Both the position numbers and the translations under genes were made by a program. Below, piece by piece: positions 40,901 to 54,800 of a stretch of DNA of 64,000 nt. This stretch comes from Azolla caroliniana (Eukaryota > Plantae > Polypodiophyta), in assembly GCA_043228905.1 (NCBI GenBank), contig JBHGNT010000015.1:19344001-19408000 (forward strand), written 5' to 3'. Below the pieces are notes generated by a model. The model worked only from the letters and a program-made list of their open reading frames with translations, searched no databases and was not told the DNA's origin. Each line of letters starts with the position of its first letter. Position 1 is the first letter of the stretch.

Positions 40901-43900
40901 TGTCTCTGTCCTGATCATGACGTTTTCTTCTTTTGCAGTTCAGCAACCTTGATGCAATGGAGAAACATGGTTTTGCCCGAAATAGAGTCTGGGCTGTTGA
41001 TAACTGCCCTTTGCCATTTCCTTCCAGTAGTGATGACAAGGCTGTTGTCGACCTAATTCTCAAACCCACCGAAGAAGACTTGAAGTCCTGGAACCACTGG
41101 TACCCTTTCTGAAAAATTTGAGGTTGCATTGTTTTGTGTGTGCATAATGGCTTGATTGGTTTTGGCTGCAATTAGCTTGTGTTTCCATTTTGAGATAGGC
41201 CATCGCCTACGTGGTTCCCACATGTAGAAACGTGGTTTACGCTCTTTTTAGATTATGCTTATGACCATTTTTGCCAGAGGTTTTCCCTTTTGCTGTATAA
41301 ATTTGACATCGCACTGTTTGCATGCTATGTTCGCTTGACTGTTGTTTGCAGTTGATTAATGCACTGTAACCTACACTTATTTTCATTATGTTACTGTTAG
41401 GAGGTAATCTCTACCATATTGATATGATATACTCTTCCAAAACAATTTAACCTTTTTTTGGGTCATAGATATGATATATTTATTGATATATATATATTAC
41501 TCTTCTTATCTCATGACACTTTCTTAAATCTTTCTTGTCACTCTTCTACTCTACTTCCCACACCATTAAATGGTAGGATTCATTACAAATGAGAAGATTT
41601 CAATGTTGTTAAAATGCAGCTTTGAGTTTCGGCTACGAGTTGCACTAGGTCCAGATGGAGAACTGGGGCTGACAGCACGCATACGTAACACTGATCAGAA
41701 ATCCTTCTCTTTCACAATTGCCTTACACACTTATTTTTCGGTCTCTGATATCAAGTGAGCTTGTGTATATCCTGATAATGATGTCAATAAGCTTTCTACA
41801 TTTAGTTCAATTCACATATAGATTATGAACAGTTGTCCATTCATGAAATTTTTTGTGTAGTGAGGTGAGAATAGAGGGATTAGAGACGTTGGATTACCTT
41901 GATAATCTGCAAAATGGCAAGCGATTCACTGAGCAAGGAGATGCGTTGACATTTGAATCTGAAGTAAGAAGCGTTATTTTTTAGCAAAAAATCAAAGCAA
42001 GATTTAAAGATTTAAGAAGTAATTTCTGATTTTTCTATGCTTACCAGAATTAGGAATTTACATGTTTTTTCTCATAGGTGGATAAAGTTTATCTAAATAC
42101 TCCGACGAAGATCGCAATTATCGATCATGAACTAAAACGAACATTTGTTGTACAGAAAGATGGGTTTCCTGATGCAGGTGAAATTCCATTAAAACTTGAT
42201 AATATTTTTTGTTTAATTAATGATGCTACATATACATAGATGAACAAGGTGACAGGAGGCTTCACATACCTACCCCAAGGACTAGAGAGAAAGAGAGATA
42301 GTGACGGCTTTTAAGAGTCCAAAATGACCTAATAAGACCACAAGAGATTACAGCTTAAAATGTGTTGAGCACACAACAAGTGATATTCATCCTCAACTAG
42401 GTTTTCATTGCATGCCTTGCATATCTTCATGTTAGGGTGATGATGCCATGACTCTACCTCAACTCCTAACTTGTGTGAGCGAGTTTGGAGGAGTGTTAAG
42501 GCTTTTCGAGAGCCAAGGCACATGGGGAGTAAGATGTGGTTGGGAACGTTCTGACATTTTTAGCTAGCATTGGGGCCAATATTGGGCCACTTCATCCTTA
42601 GTGCGTCTATTAATCTATCCTCGTTGATCACATACTTCATAGCATCACCTTAGAACTCCGATAGATCATTTATCCCCCCCATCTTTCAAACCATTTCATA
42701 ATGTCAAGCACCCAGCCAGACGAGAGGATTGTGCACTTATTAGTCTTCAGTAACGTGCATTCTATTTTCCCAGCCTGTTTTGGCAAACTATGATCAGGCA
42801 TATTCTATAAGACCGAACAAGACATTACATCTTAAAATGCTGTCTCGTCCAAACCAAATATAGAGTAATAATGTTCTGAAATTTGATAGACTAAAGCTTT
42901 TTTGCCTTTGAAAAATCTCAAACATGGGTCACTCCAAGTTGGAGACCTTTATTTGCAAATGACATGGGTAATAGGGCTGTGATCCAGATGGCTGTGGCCT
43001 ATGTGCACAACACATTGCTACTGCCCAATCTATTATAACCCTTTTCGAATGTTCTAGCTGGGACCACACTTGTTTAGCCCTGGGTTGACTTGTAGTAAGG
43101 CAAGTGATGGATTGCTACAAGTTGTAGACATCTCCGAAACAAGGGACACCTTTATTTGTTGATGACAAGGGTGATGGAGCTGTGGCATATGTGCACAATG
43201 AATGATGAAACAAACCAATTAAATGAAGGGAATATAGAGATGAATGAAAGGCCAAAATAAATCAAACGTAGGAATATAGAAATCACAGGTAATCAAAGAA
43301 GTAAAAAGAGAATCGATACCCCTAAAGAAATAATATTTCGGAATTTGATAAAGAATAGAAATCATTGAATAGGACTGTGGGACCCCCTTCCCATAAAATG
43401 AGCAATTCAATAATTTGAAAAGGTTAGAGAAAGAAAGAAAACTTACTTTGACATCTATTAAAGGCATGTTTCACTAGGTGACAAAGATGTATGCTTGCCT
43501 GTTCACTATTGAGAACAGTACAAAAATTACAGCAATGGAATGTAAAAGATGCTTGAAATGATCTCTTTGTACAAGGATGATGAGGTGTAGCGATACCCAG
43601 ATTTAAGTGAATGCATATATGACAAAGATAGTACAATAATGAAATGCAGCTAAAAAGAAAAAAACAAACAAGGATTAATTCCCCACCCCCCCCCATATAT
43701 ATAAGTCCAGCCGCTAAAATCAGGAGGGCGTCGATGGAATGAAATACATGGGAGGGTGTGGGTGAAGAAGGCTCAGCTCAGGTCACATGAGTACCCAAGG
43801 TCTATGGTCATCTAGGGCTGTTATTGTGGCACTCACCCTGTGTTCAGATTGAAGATCATTATCTCTATATTGCCTTACATCAACTGAAATGCTCCTCTTT

Positions 43901-44199
43901 CCACCTTGGTGCACATAACAATATCCCTGCTCTGGAAATGCTGACAGCTCTTAGCTGAACCTTTGCTACCCGTGAACTGGGGACTGGTACACACGCACGT
44001 ATACCTCCATTATAAAGGTAATGCCGAAGGATTACTACATATTTTTCACTGAGAAAAAGACCACCACTGCCTAATGGCACTTTGAGCAGGCATAAATAAA
44101 ACCAGATTGATCATTCTCCAGAAAACACACTCTGCACGCACACATCACCTTACAAAACAAAGACAGACATACATACATACATACATACATTATATATAC

Positions 44200-44234
<35 letters not shown>

Positions 44235-44864
44235 TGTTTTTGTATATGCTCAGATCACATGTATATAAAAACATATGGATATAACATCCTAAAGCATAAA
44301 TATGACACCATTGACTGTATCCCACTTATCGCGTTTCTTCAAACATTTGGACACGGTGTAATAATAAAGCGTGTGCTTCCAAAGCTTAATGTGATGGTCT
44401 GTTATTATTGTACAAATTCTTCACATAGGTTGAGATGATGCACAATGTAGTTTGGTCCTGAAAAATGGTTTTTGAAAATCACTTTCCACAACTTAGGGCA
44501 GAAAAAGACATCGCTGCCTTGTATCGATGCTAACAGAGAAATATGGAAGAAAAAAAAAATGTGAATATCGTATTGCTTTCTGATGAATCTAATATTTTAT
44601 TTTGGGTTCAATGTAGTCGTATGGAACCCATGGGAAAGAATGGCTCGAGCCTTGCCCGATTTAGGGGATGATGAATACAAGCACATGATTTGTGTGGCAC
44701 CGGCTGGCATTGAGAAGTTAATTACATTGAAACCTGGTGAAGAATGGAAAGGACGCCTAAAAATATCAACTGTGTATTCAAGCTATCATAGTGGGCATCT
44801 TGATCCCATCAAAGTTCAAGAGAGCTTGGCAGCATTTGAGAAAAATCTAATAAAACACCCCTAA
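37987..44864 (+). CDS. Glucose-6-phosphate 1-epimerase-like (aldose 1-epimerase family), 8 exons: 37987-38103, 40501-40575, 40744-40800, 40939-41099, 41620-41754, 41861-41963, 42078-42177, 44617-44864
   Basis: Joined exons give VHLYGGQVTSWK, KAIRGGIPVCFPQF, HGFARN, ALHTYF, VDKVY and DAVVWNPW. All junctions are GT-AG and in frame. Confidence 0.93.
42285..43200 (-). mobile_element. LINE remnants in epimerase intron 7
   Basis: QTRSHKLGVEV..ICKAC..VEDEYHLLC, plus 3'-end motifs (TAAGACC..AAGA.ATTACA) at ~42333 and ~42808. Confidence 0.75.
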
Positions 44865-45977
44865 GTACCTCCTTGTCTTATGGCACAACAACTTTTACCT
44901 CTTTCTTTTCTTCTTCCCACTGATCATTTATGTGTATCACATGCTTTGATGTTTCCTAAGCACCTTGCGTTTTCTGGTGGTGAAAGAAAGGTTTATATGC
45001 AAAAAAGGAATGGTTGTAATGTAGAATTTTACGAAATGAACTAATTTTCTTACTGCTTTGAGTCTAGTATAATGAGAAATAGTAATTTTACATTGTAGAA
45101 TGCATGCTAAAAAGAGTTACATTAAAATCTAATGAATTTGCAACTCAGCTAACATTCCTGCAGCTTTGCCATAGTAATCAAAGTTGGCATTGATTCCATT
45201 TTTTATATTGAAATGTTTCTCTGTATATTGCACTCAAGGAGGTAGGAAGACTCTATGGGATTTGCTGTTTCTCTGTTTTGAGTGTCTGATAACGAACTCT
45301 GTACATGTAAAGTGGGGCTATTCACACCAGGTGCCAAATCTGAATCTCTATTTTGTAGTCCTATCACCAAACTGATATCATTATACAAACAATAAATTAT
45401 ATTTTATGTGAACAAAATATGCAATGCCCCAGCAATTCATATATGTTATAAAGAAGTAAAACTGTTTTTGTTAGTGCTTGGCAAAACAAAATTGATGAAG
45501 AAAATGAAATTTGTAGGGCAATTCATGTGACATACTCTTAATTGAAATTCGTAATGCTATTGATTGAAATAATCTGCATTCGTGCACAAAACCTCTCGGA
45601 GCAAACATTCACAGACATTCTCCGTGAATCCAGTTTCAACACTGGATGACAAGACTATAAGGACAATATTATCTCCCGCATTATAGCAAGTATTCATTCC
45701 CAGCTAAAAATATCACCACTTTCAACCCTAATGCCTTATGTATTACCATTGCATGCAAAACTAGTAGATGAACCCACTTTATTTTGGCTTAATATATATA
45801 TATATATTTGATTGAGCTTTTGAACAAATAGTAACCAGATTCAATTTATATTGTATCATCAAACGTCTTGCTTTACATAAATTTAATTGTGCAATTGTAT
45901 AAATTTAACCATGAGAATTATCCCATCTGTATAATTTTCTTCTTTTCCGTAATGATCCCTTGTAGGTAGGGTTGTCA

Positions 45978-47369
45978 CTAAGAGTCTTTTGTTTCTCTTA
46001 AACATTCTTCCTTAAACCACTCAAGACATTCATCAGTTGTAGCTTCCAAGTGGCACAAATGCCATTTCCGAAGTCGATTTTGCTGTTTTAGAGATGGAAA
46101 AAAACAATTAATGATTAAGACTATCATTTGTAGTTGATGTCTTATATATGTTACTGTAAGTGCACTGATGTAAACATCATTCCTATGCACACAACCAAAA
46201 GGCAAACACAGTCAGCATCCATACAGCAGATATCTACAAGATAAAAAACAGGTAAAATGCTTCAGCAGATTATTCTTGAAACAAGATGGCTTTTTATCAT
46301 AGCGAATGACACGGATGCATTGTGTTTGGTGGAATTGTTGAACACCTCGGCATTTTTTAGAATTAAAGCAGAGTTTGACCATTTCATCAATAAACCCAAA
46401 TGTGCGCAATCATTAATACAAGTTCAGTAGAATCCATAGAGAAGGAGAGACATTTATTCAATGATCTAAAAATGTTCATGGGTTAGATAACAAGTCACTT
46501 ATACTATGTTGGTGTAACAAAGAAGATTAATGTCCTTTTGAATAACAAGATCAACATTTCATATTTCAAACGATTATACCTCTATTTGGGATAAGTTGCA
46601 AGCTTATGAGCCAATTCCTCCTTTAGATGGAGAATATCAAGAGCTTGATTGGACATTTGTTGAAAATAAGAGATTGACTATGATCTTAACAAACGATACT
46701 TATCACAAGTTTATTGACAAACATAAGTGGATAGAAGCAAGGGTTATAAACATATGGGGTTTTCATACACCCATTAACTAATGGTTCATGTGACCAAGGC
46801 AAGTTGATATTCTCATTTGATGCTACAAGCTAAGGTATTTATTTAGAGAGTTAAGGCAAGCAAGTTGATGTTCTCATTTGATGCTACGAGCTAAGACATG
46901 AAACATTGCTAGAAGAATGTGTTTCTTTTATTTGATGGAATTGGAACATAGTGGGCATTGATTTCTTTCTTTACTCAATGGCTAGGGTGGTTTCGAGGCG
47001 TACCAATTTAGTGTGGATGTCTCCAACTGGAGTAAGTCTATCCTCTTCATTTCAAAATTATATTTGAGTTCTTAAGGTATTGGGGGCTATGGTTGAATTG
47101 GAATATGAAGAATGCTTTCACTTTTGATTCGCAAGTTGGGGTGAGAAAATATGTTGTAAAGTTAAAATAACTTTTATTGCAATTGACAGTGCTAGAGAAG
47201 TCATGAAATCTTAACCATGAAAGGAAAGAACTCTGCAAGGTCACATATCATCATATTCGCAATTTGAATTGGTGTAGGGTGGCATTGAGTAGCTCCCTAA
47301 AAGGGTTCTATACTTGTAATAAGTTAGTCATGGTGATGTTTCTTCTTTTTCATAATGAAAGCCATTATT

Positions 47370-47406
<37 letters not shown>

Positions 47407-50400
47407 CCCATTCCTTGATCTTAGGCCCTCCTTTTGTAAGTCCAAGTTCTGCCATAATTACCTTCCCATCAAGCAAAGGCTTTTGATTCCAAACATTATC
47501 TAAACCTATCAAATAACCAAAAAACGACTCCACAACTTTATGTCATTTCAAGACCTAATATATATAACTATTTAATCAATTAAAAACTCACACCTACCTA
47601 GATTCACAATAACTTCTTCAACAGCAGAGCACAAATCTGCCCTTTTACAAGCTTCCTGGTCATCGTCATCTAGGGATAAGGGTATCTTCAAAACTGATGA
47701 GAGAAGCAGCGCCACTCTCCATAAATCCTTTACTTCCCATAAGAGCATCCCTATAAAATGATCGGAACATTTATCTCATTAAAGCTTTCAATTAAAAACT
47801 GAAAAGAACTACGGAAAAGCTGAGTTTGTCTTATTTTCTCAGAAAACCCTAAGTTTTTCTATATTTCCCGAAATGTCCTTGGTGTCCTTGGTCAACTCCC
47901 TCCTGGAGCAATTAAACGTGCTACTTGGGTAATTATACAATCAATTCATCCCCTTGACAATGTTTCACAATGGCTTTAGGGAAAATAAAGAAAACTACAT
48001 GACATTCAGAGAAATAAATAAAAACTCAAGGTTATTTTATTTTGGACTTCTTTCCAAACCCTAAACCATATAATTATAAGCTTGGCACCTGCACTAATCA
48101 CTTTCTTTGAGTGAGTAGATTCTTCCCAATCCGTTTCCTCTTTACAGGAATCTTGTGTTTTCTCAAGTAAAATGTCTGTAATTTTCTCAAAATCTTCTGC
48201 AGCCTTGTGTAAAGAAGCTACCTGAATTTTATTTCCAACCATTGAAACAAGTGCTCCATGAATGTGACATAAACGAGAACTTTCTTAGTATGCATAAACA
48301 AATCATGCCTGCTCTGCATCTTTGGCTTTCAGTTTCAATGACTCCCTCATTATCACACTCGCCACTGGAATCTGTGTAAAAAAGAGTCGAAAAACAAATA
48401 AAAATTTCTCTAGGCTTAATGCCTCTTCAAAGAGTAGTAAACACTAAATATAGATTAGAAAAAGATGGAGACCAACGGAGGGAAAAGCTTGCTTAGTCCA
48501 CAAAAACTCCTCATTTCCCCCAATGAAAGTTTTCTTTATTCTCCAAATAACATTGGCCAGCCCTCAAAAGAGACAACGTCATGAATTAACCATATGATGG
48601 TTCAAATAGCCCATACAATTGAGATGAAGGGAATGGGGTAGATCGTATAATTGCTCAAATAGCATACGAACTGCTAGCAGCATTTGGGGAAATAATGAAA
48701 GCGTACAGGCTTTTGGAGAAATAGAGAAATTTTCTGCCATTTTCCTTAAAATTAATGATGATCAATTTCCCAATAGATCATGTATCGTAAGTTCATATTT
48801 TGACTCCAATTGAAATTCTGTAAAGAATACCTGCTTCTTCCTCCGATCCTGATACATGATTGCCCTTAATGGTAGTAATATTGCTGAGAAATAGCTAATC
48901 CTTCTCTGTTCTGCCTGTTTTTTCTCCAGGGAAAATCCAATTTGAAATTACAGTAGATAAAGCCTGACATAAGTTAGTAAAAGACATACGTACAGTCAAT
49001 TTCGAGAATCCAAAAATATTCAACACTTCAGAGACTCCCTTCAGTGTAATCAAACAGATCCTGATCACAATAATCATCATAAATAGAATGAAAATCTCCC
49101 ACGGCCATAGGAATCAAACAATATACTAACAAAGTTATAAAAGCTTTGCAGCCACACTAGCCAAGACAATAATCTTCCAGCAAACATAAACAATAAAAGA
49201 AACTTAATTAGCATTATTTTTGCAGAAATCTTCACCTTTGCATCTCTTCAGGCACATGAGGTTTAAGGTCTAGCGGCAATCGGAAGACAGTCCAAAACAC
49301 ATTAAAATTGACTAGCTCTTGTATAGCTCTAACAGGATGTGCACACATGATCATTAAATCAGCCTACAACCATAAAAATCTATGAAAAGGCCTCTATTTG
49401 AATAAACTTTAAATTTACAGAAGAAATTTTTTTAAATACTACCTCCACTCCAATCCTCTCTAGACTGACTTTATTTGCAAGTGCAATTTTGACCTCCTCA
49501 TCAGCTGCTGCTTGTTTCAGGTCCTCGTCAATCTTGTAATTGAGCCTTGCAGCTATTTGGAAAGCAAAATTATTTAGTGATTGATAACATAGTTAATTTA
49601 CGAGAAAATAAAAAAAAGCTGTCACATACCAAACCTAATTGCTCTTAAGACACGGAGAGGATCATCTAAAAAAGTGGTTTTTGCAGGCAATGGAGTTGCA
49701 ATTGTGCCAGTCCTCAAATCCACCAATCCTATACAAAGAAAACCCAGTTGAAGGTCCCCACAATTCAAAACAAATGAGCAGTTTAAAGGGAAAACTCTGA
49801 ACCCCTGAGTTAAACTTTATTTCCCCAAATGCCAATCTGTTTTCATTATTTCTCCAAATGTCCTTGGTCAATGGTGAATGAGAGAAAAAGAAGATGTATT
49901 GAATATAACAGCTCAAGAGAGTTTTGACCACAAGAATTTAGGGAGATAAAGAAAACATCGGGGGTTTTCCCCTTTTAAGAAAGGAAAATACCTCTTCTTG
50001 TGAAATCCTCCACCGTACATGTGTTGATATTATAAAACAGACTGCAATCAATCATAAAGGTATTAATGACAACCACACCACAATTTAGAAATGTGTTACA
50101 GGTCGAGAGTCTACTTTGGAATTAATTTGGCATACTAAAAGTATGTCAATTCAAAATAAAATAATTGCAATAACAGAAATTTTTAATCTTAGAATGTGGA
50201 CTACCTATTTATTGTTAAATCCCGTCTGTATGCATCTTCTTCAGGAGAGCCAAACTTCTGCAACAAGAAGATACAAAATGTATCAGCCTTTGAGCATATG
50301 TTGATCCCGTATGGTCATACAACTAAGAGATATATAATCTCACATGACATGCTAAAACATTATTTCAAGATTCTTTTTAAAATACACTGGATGTAGGGCA

Positions 50401-53400
50401 AACACAACTGAAATTGAAATTGTGTTTCACTGCATAACTACATGACTGCCAAATCAGTTGCATTTCTTGAATTAGATGCAAGATGGGAAATGAAAAAAGG
50501 AAAAGCTCACGGTTTAACTGCAGACAATACCCGATATATGATATATGAACAGCAACATAGCAGTAGATCCCGACAGTTAGGACGCCCCAACAGGTCAACA
50601 GAGCATTATCACAAGATTCTTTTCAAATTTTAATCTCAGTGGTTACGAGCATAATGATCATGCATCTGATTGGATTTTAGCCTATATTCTGACTATTTGT
50701 GAAGTTCACTCTAACATGAGTGATTTCCTAGAGGACCTGATTATCACCACGAGCAAGTCACAAAATAGCACCTATCACACTGATGGTTTACATAAATGGA
50801 GATGATCAATCAAATGTTATCTTCCTCTATACAAAATATATAATGCATCAATATTTTACAATTAGATAAATATTGTGTTCAATTATTTCCTCAGGTTGAG
50901 TACATATTCTACAACCATTTAATATTACAACCATTGGAAATTGGAATCAATCAATCTTACTGCTGCAGGAATACGACTGTGGTTTGCATATGTCTCTGAT
51001 CGCAAGTTAACAAAATCAATCCAAACTCCGAACATTCGCATTCGAGCAGTCTCCAAATGTTTTGATTGATCTGGGTTGCTGCATAGAATAACACATATAA
51101 GCTGAAAGTTTAATGCATACAGCTAAAACGCCATACCTTCCAGCCTAATGGTTTCAAAAGAGCATACTGAACAGCAATATGAAATGATGCATTTAATTTC
51201 TGTAATGCTCTGATAAATCACAAGCACAAGAATGTTGTCATCTAACTAAGTAGAAAGACTGATGTTCAAGACCCTAGTTCCTAGATAGTATTGAAAACGT
51301 GATATTGAAATCAAATGAAAGAGAGAAAACCTCTCCATCAAACCATTCGGTATAAATGTGAAACCAGCCTTTAGTCACCCCAAGGTTAGTCCAGAATACA
51401 GCTTCAAACATAATACACAAAATGCTAAAGCAATAAATACACCATAGGCATATATACATTAAACATTGATTGACCCTACTCGCATGAAACCATACTAGTA
51501 TTTCTTTTTTATGCTGGATGAAGTATTGGACGTGTTTCATTAGTCATCCTTAATATGTGCTCTTTCTTCCCCATGATGAGATTCATCAATGCTTCTATGA
51601 CTACTCAAAATTGGTGGTTAACGATGATTGTCATGTTGAAGAAGTTTTCCATAATTTCTAGTATCTTCTTGCATATCTTTAGAAAGGCAGCCCACCCATC
51701 ATGGGCTACATTTTGATGATACAAATTGTGTCTTTTATGAAATGATATGCATGGGCCTAGATTTCACATAGCATCAACATGTGCTAGCACCAGGAAAACA
51801 CGATTACATTTTATATGCACTTCATCCATCTACACAACTGGCCATGCACCTCAAAATTACACCAACACTGGAGACTTCTTCATCGATGCTCTTCAGGTAT
51901 TCATTTACTTTATTGCAAAACTCTTCCCCAAGCATATTGTCAATCGCGATATCAATGTCATAGCTTTCTTTTCCTAATAGCTGCGCACAACAGAATCACA
52001 TATTAATAGCCTGTTCAAGCACTCACAGATACAGGAGTTTCAATGGAATATCTTGCCAATTCACTCAGAACAAAACAAAACCATGTGATCCAAGTCCCCC
52101 AGAGTATAGAAACCAATTACAAACCAGGATATGTAACAGTAACCCAGGTTGTACACCCCTTGTTATGATGTCCACGTATCTAACTCCTAATGCTACATTT
52201 ATAGATATGCAAAGAACCTATATCACATCCATGGCTTTCCATTCTGCGGTGGCATGTGCATTGCAATAGTAATTTTATTGTTAAGTCTTGGATACATTAT
52301 GACCTCTTCAACTATTTGAATAATATTTGCTGTACATATAAGCTTGGGAAATTTTATCATACTATATAAACATGTTCTCTGGTTTTCTTTAGGACAATAT
52401 CCTTTTCGCCTCATTGTTTTTGAGGGACTTAAAATGTATGTGATGATTTAAAGTGGCTTTCCATGCTTTTCGCCACATGCAAGAAATCAAACGCAGGAAA
52501 CTTATGGTGTAAAACTGTTGCAACATCTTGTCACAAACACAAACTTGCAACTAACCATTTGGTAGTAAAGACAACCCTGATGCTAAAGATGGTAGAAAAA
52601 AAAAAAAATTTGTGCTTACTCTTCCATCGTCATAGCTTGAAATATGCAACTGTTTTGAGCACTAAGCCTTGTATGATATAGACACCAACGTAAACTTGAT
52701 GTTAGAAAGATGGTACGAATTAATGCAATAATGATCAGAACTTCCATGCTTAGCCGTATCAAATCTACGGTCACAATTGCAAACGTGTCACTAAAGATGG
52801 CAAGAATTAAAAAAATTCAATCAAGCTTAAAATATTTGGCCCTTATTCTTATGATGCATTCAGTTATGGATTAAATTTTGCAAAGTAAGAGCCCCGTACC
52901 TTGTCCCTGACCCATCCACCAGCAACACGAAGCTGTGTCTCAAGATCAAACTGGTTTAAAACTGCCTTGAGAGTTCCAAAAATCTTATCCTCCACCTCAG
53001 AATGCTGAATAACGGAGAGGGAGAGAAGGTTTTCATTCTTCTCTTCATTCATGGAGACGGCTGCCGAAGTGAGGCCAAAGGAGAAGTCAACGGAAGAACA
53101 CTTTGGCCTGATGATGATGATGATGGGACTGCAATCACTTCTCTTGAACGTGGTACGCAAGGAAGAAGAAGAAGAAGGAGGAGAGGGAGAAAGATAAAGA
53201 CAAGGAACGGAAGAAATATGATTAATGGAAGGATTGATGAAGGAAATGGAAGGAAAGATTGAGGAAACGGGAGAAGAAGACGAAGAAGAACGACAAGGAG
53301 GAGGAGGAGGAGAAACGGGGGGAAACGGAGAAAAACGAGAGGAAACGGAGGAAAAAGGATGGAAGGAAGAAACGGGAGAAAAGCGACAGGAGGCAGGAGG

Positions 53401-53640
53401 GATGGAAGAAACGGGAGACGAAGTAGAGGAAACGGGGGGCGCAGGAGGGGAGGAAACGGGAAGAGTGGCTTTGAGACAGGGAAACGGAGCGAAACGGCGG
53501 GGAGCGTGAGGAAGGAGGAGGAAGGAGGAGCAGCCGCAGGAAATAGAAGAAAACGAAGCTCCCATATGTCTGTCTGTCTCTATTAGTAAGAAAGAAAAAC
53601 GAAGAAGAACGAAGAACGAAGAAGAAGAAGAAGCTCCCAT
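45978..53640 (-). CDS. cca: CCA-adding tRNA nucleotidyltransferase (class II), 15 exons: 53640-52900, 51980-51850, 51078-50961, 50257-50205, 50041-49992, 49728-49630, 49552-49443, 49363-49236, 49060-48994, 48914-48831, 48371-48309, 48221-48089, 47750-47598, 47505-47408, 46082-45978
   Basis: RVAGGWVRDKLLG..DIDIA, NPDQSKHLETA, DFVNLRSETY, EEDAYRRDLTINSLFYN, FLDDPLRVLRAIRF, SLERIGVE, KPLLDGK. Start could be 53640, 53565 or 53052. Confidence 0.93.
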
Positions 53641-53676
53641 GTGTGCATGTAGTCCTTAATTCTGTGAAGCATACAT

Positions 53677-53920
53677 ACATAACATAACATAACATAACAT
53701 AACATAACATAACATATAACATAACATATAACATAACATATAACATAACATAACATAACATAACATAACATAACATAACATAACATAACATAACATAACA
53801 TAACATAACATCACATAACATCACATAACATCACATAACGTAGCATAACATAACATAACATCACATAACATAGCGTAACATAACATCACATAACATAACA
53901 TAACATAAACTAACATAACG
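53677..53920. repeat. (ATAAC)n pentanucleotide array; inverted (GTTAT)n at 54040-54085 and further (ATAAC)n at 54197-54247
   Basis: Directly visible. Confidence 0.95.
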
Positions 53921-54604
53921 ATTCTTTAGAATTTTTGCTAATTATTTTCCCCCATTGGTTTTCACTTGGGGCACGGTGGGGGGCACGGTGGTTTGGACAT
54001 CACTTGTCCGTGATGTGTTCCATTATAACAATGAATCTATGTTATGTTATGTTATGTTATGTTATGTTATGTTATGTTATGTTATGTGTATGTATGTATG
54101 TATTAGTAAGAAGAAAAACGAATAATGAAGAACGAAGAAGAAGAAGAAGAAGAAGAAGCTCCCATGTGTGCATGTAGTCCTTAATTATGTGTAGCATACA
54201 TAACATAACATAACATAACGTAGCATAACATAACATAACATAACATAGGATGGGAGTAGATTCTTCTACCTGTGCACGATGCCATTTACAAATGGAAACT
54301 CAAAAACATTGCTTATGGGAATGTACTGAGTCTCAACTGATATGGCAAACGTCTCTCCTTTGAATTTTTGCTAACTATTCCCCCCCCCCCCCCCCCCATT
54401 GGTTTTCACTTGGGGCATGGTGGTTCCGACATCTCTTATCCGTGATGCATTTCATTATGACGCTGAATCTATGGACCATGGATTTTTACACTAAATCTGG
54501 AAGCGTTCATACAATACCAAGGACCAAGGAGCTTAAGAATGAGTGGCATGTTGCAACTGAGTTTGCAGTGACCGATTCGGCCTGGGTACCAGAGGTCGTT
54601 TACT

Positions 54605-54800
54605 GAGCACAGGGGCTTGTAGAACCGTATTTGATCCAGCCCTGTCACTGGATTCTGGAAGATGAGCACACGGGCTCGTAGAACCGTATCCGTTCCGACC
54701 CTGCCACCGAATTCCAGAAGATGAGCACATGGGCTCGTAGAACCGTATCCGTTTTGGCCCTGCCACCGGATTCCAAAAGATGAGCGCACGGACTCATAGA
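54605..54800. repeat. 59-bp tandem repeat, ~3.3 copies, within an LTR-like host element (~54480-55406 plus 60330-60394)
   Basis: GAGCAC..GGGCTCGTAGAACCGTATCCGTT..G.CCCTGCCACCG.ATTCC..AAGAT. The host sequence ends CCATGACA at 60394. Confidence 0.8.

Noticed and set aside
49443-49470. SLERIG instead of SRERIG as a sign of altered CCA specificity
   Set aside because: It still fits the SxERIxxE motif, and the DDPLR templating motif and flexible loop are intact.
53222-53824. 200-aa and similar low-complexity ORFs (also 7-386, 37407-37819)
   Set aside because: These are translations of microsatellites.
54605-54800. CRISPR-like appearance of the 59-bp, 60-bp and 110-bp arrays
   Set aside because: Whole units repeat with no unique spacers, there are no cas genes, and the context is eukaryotic.
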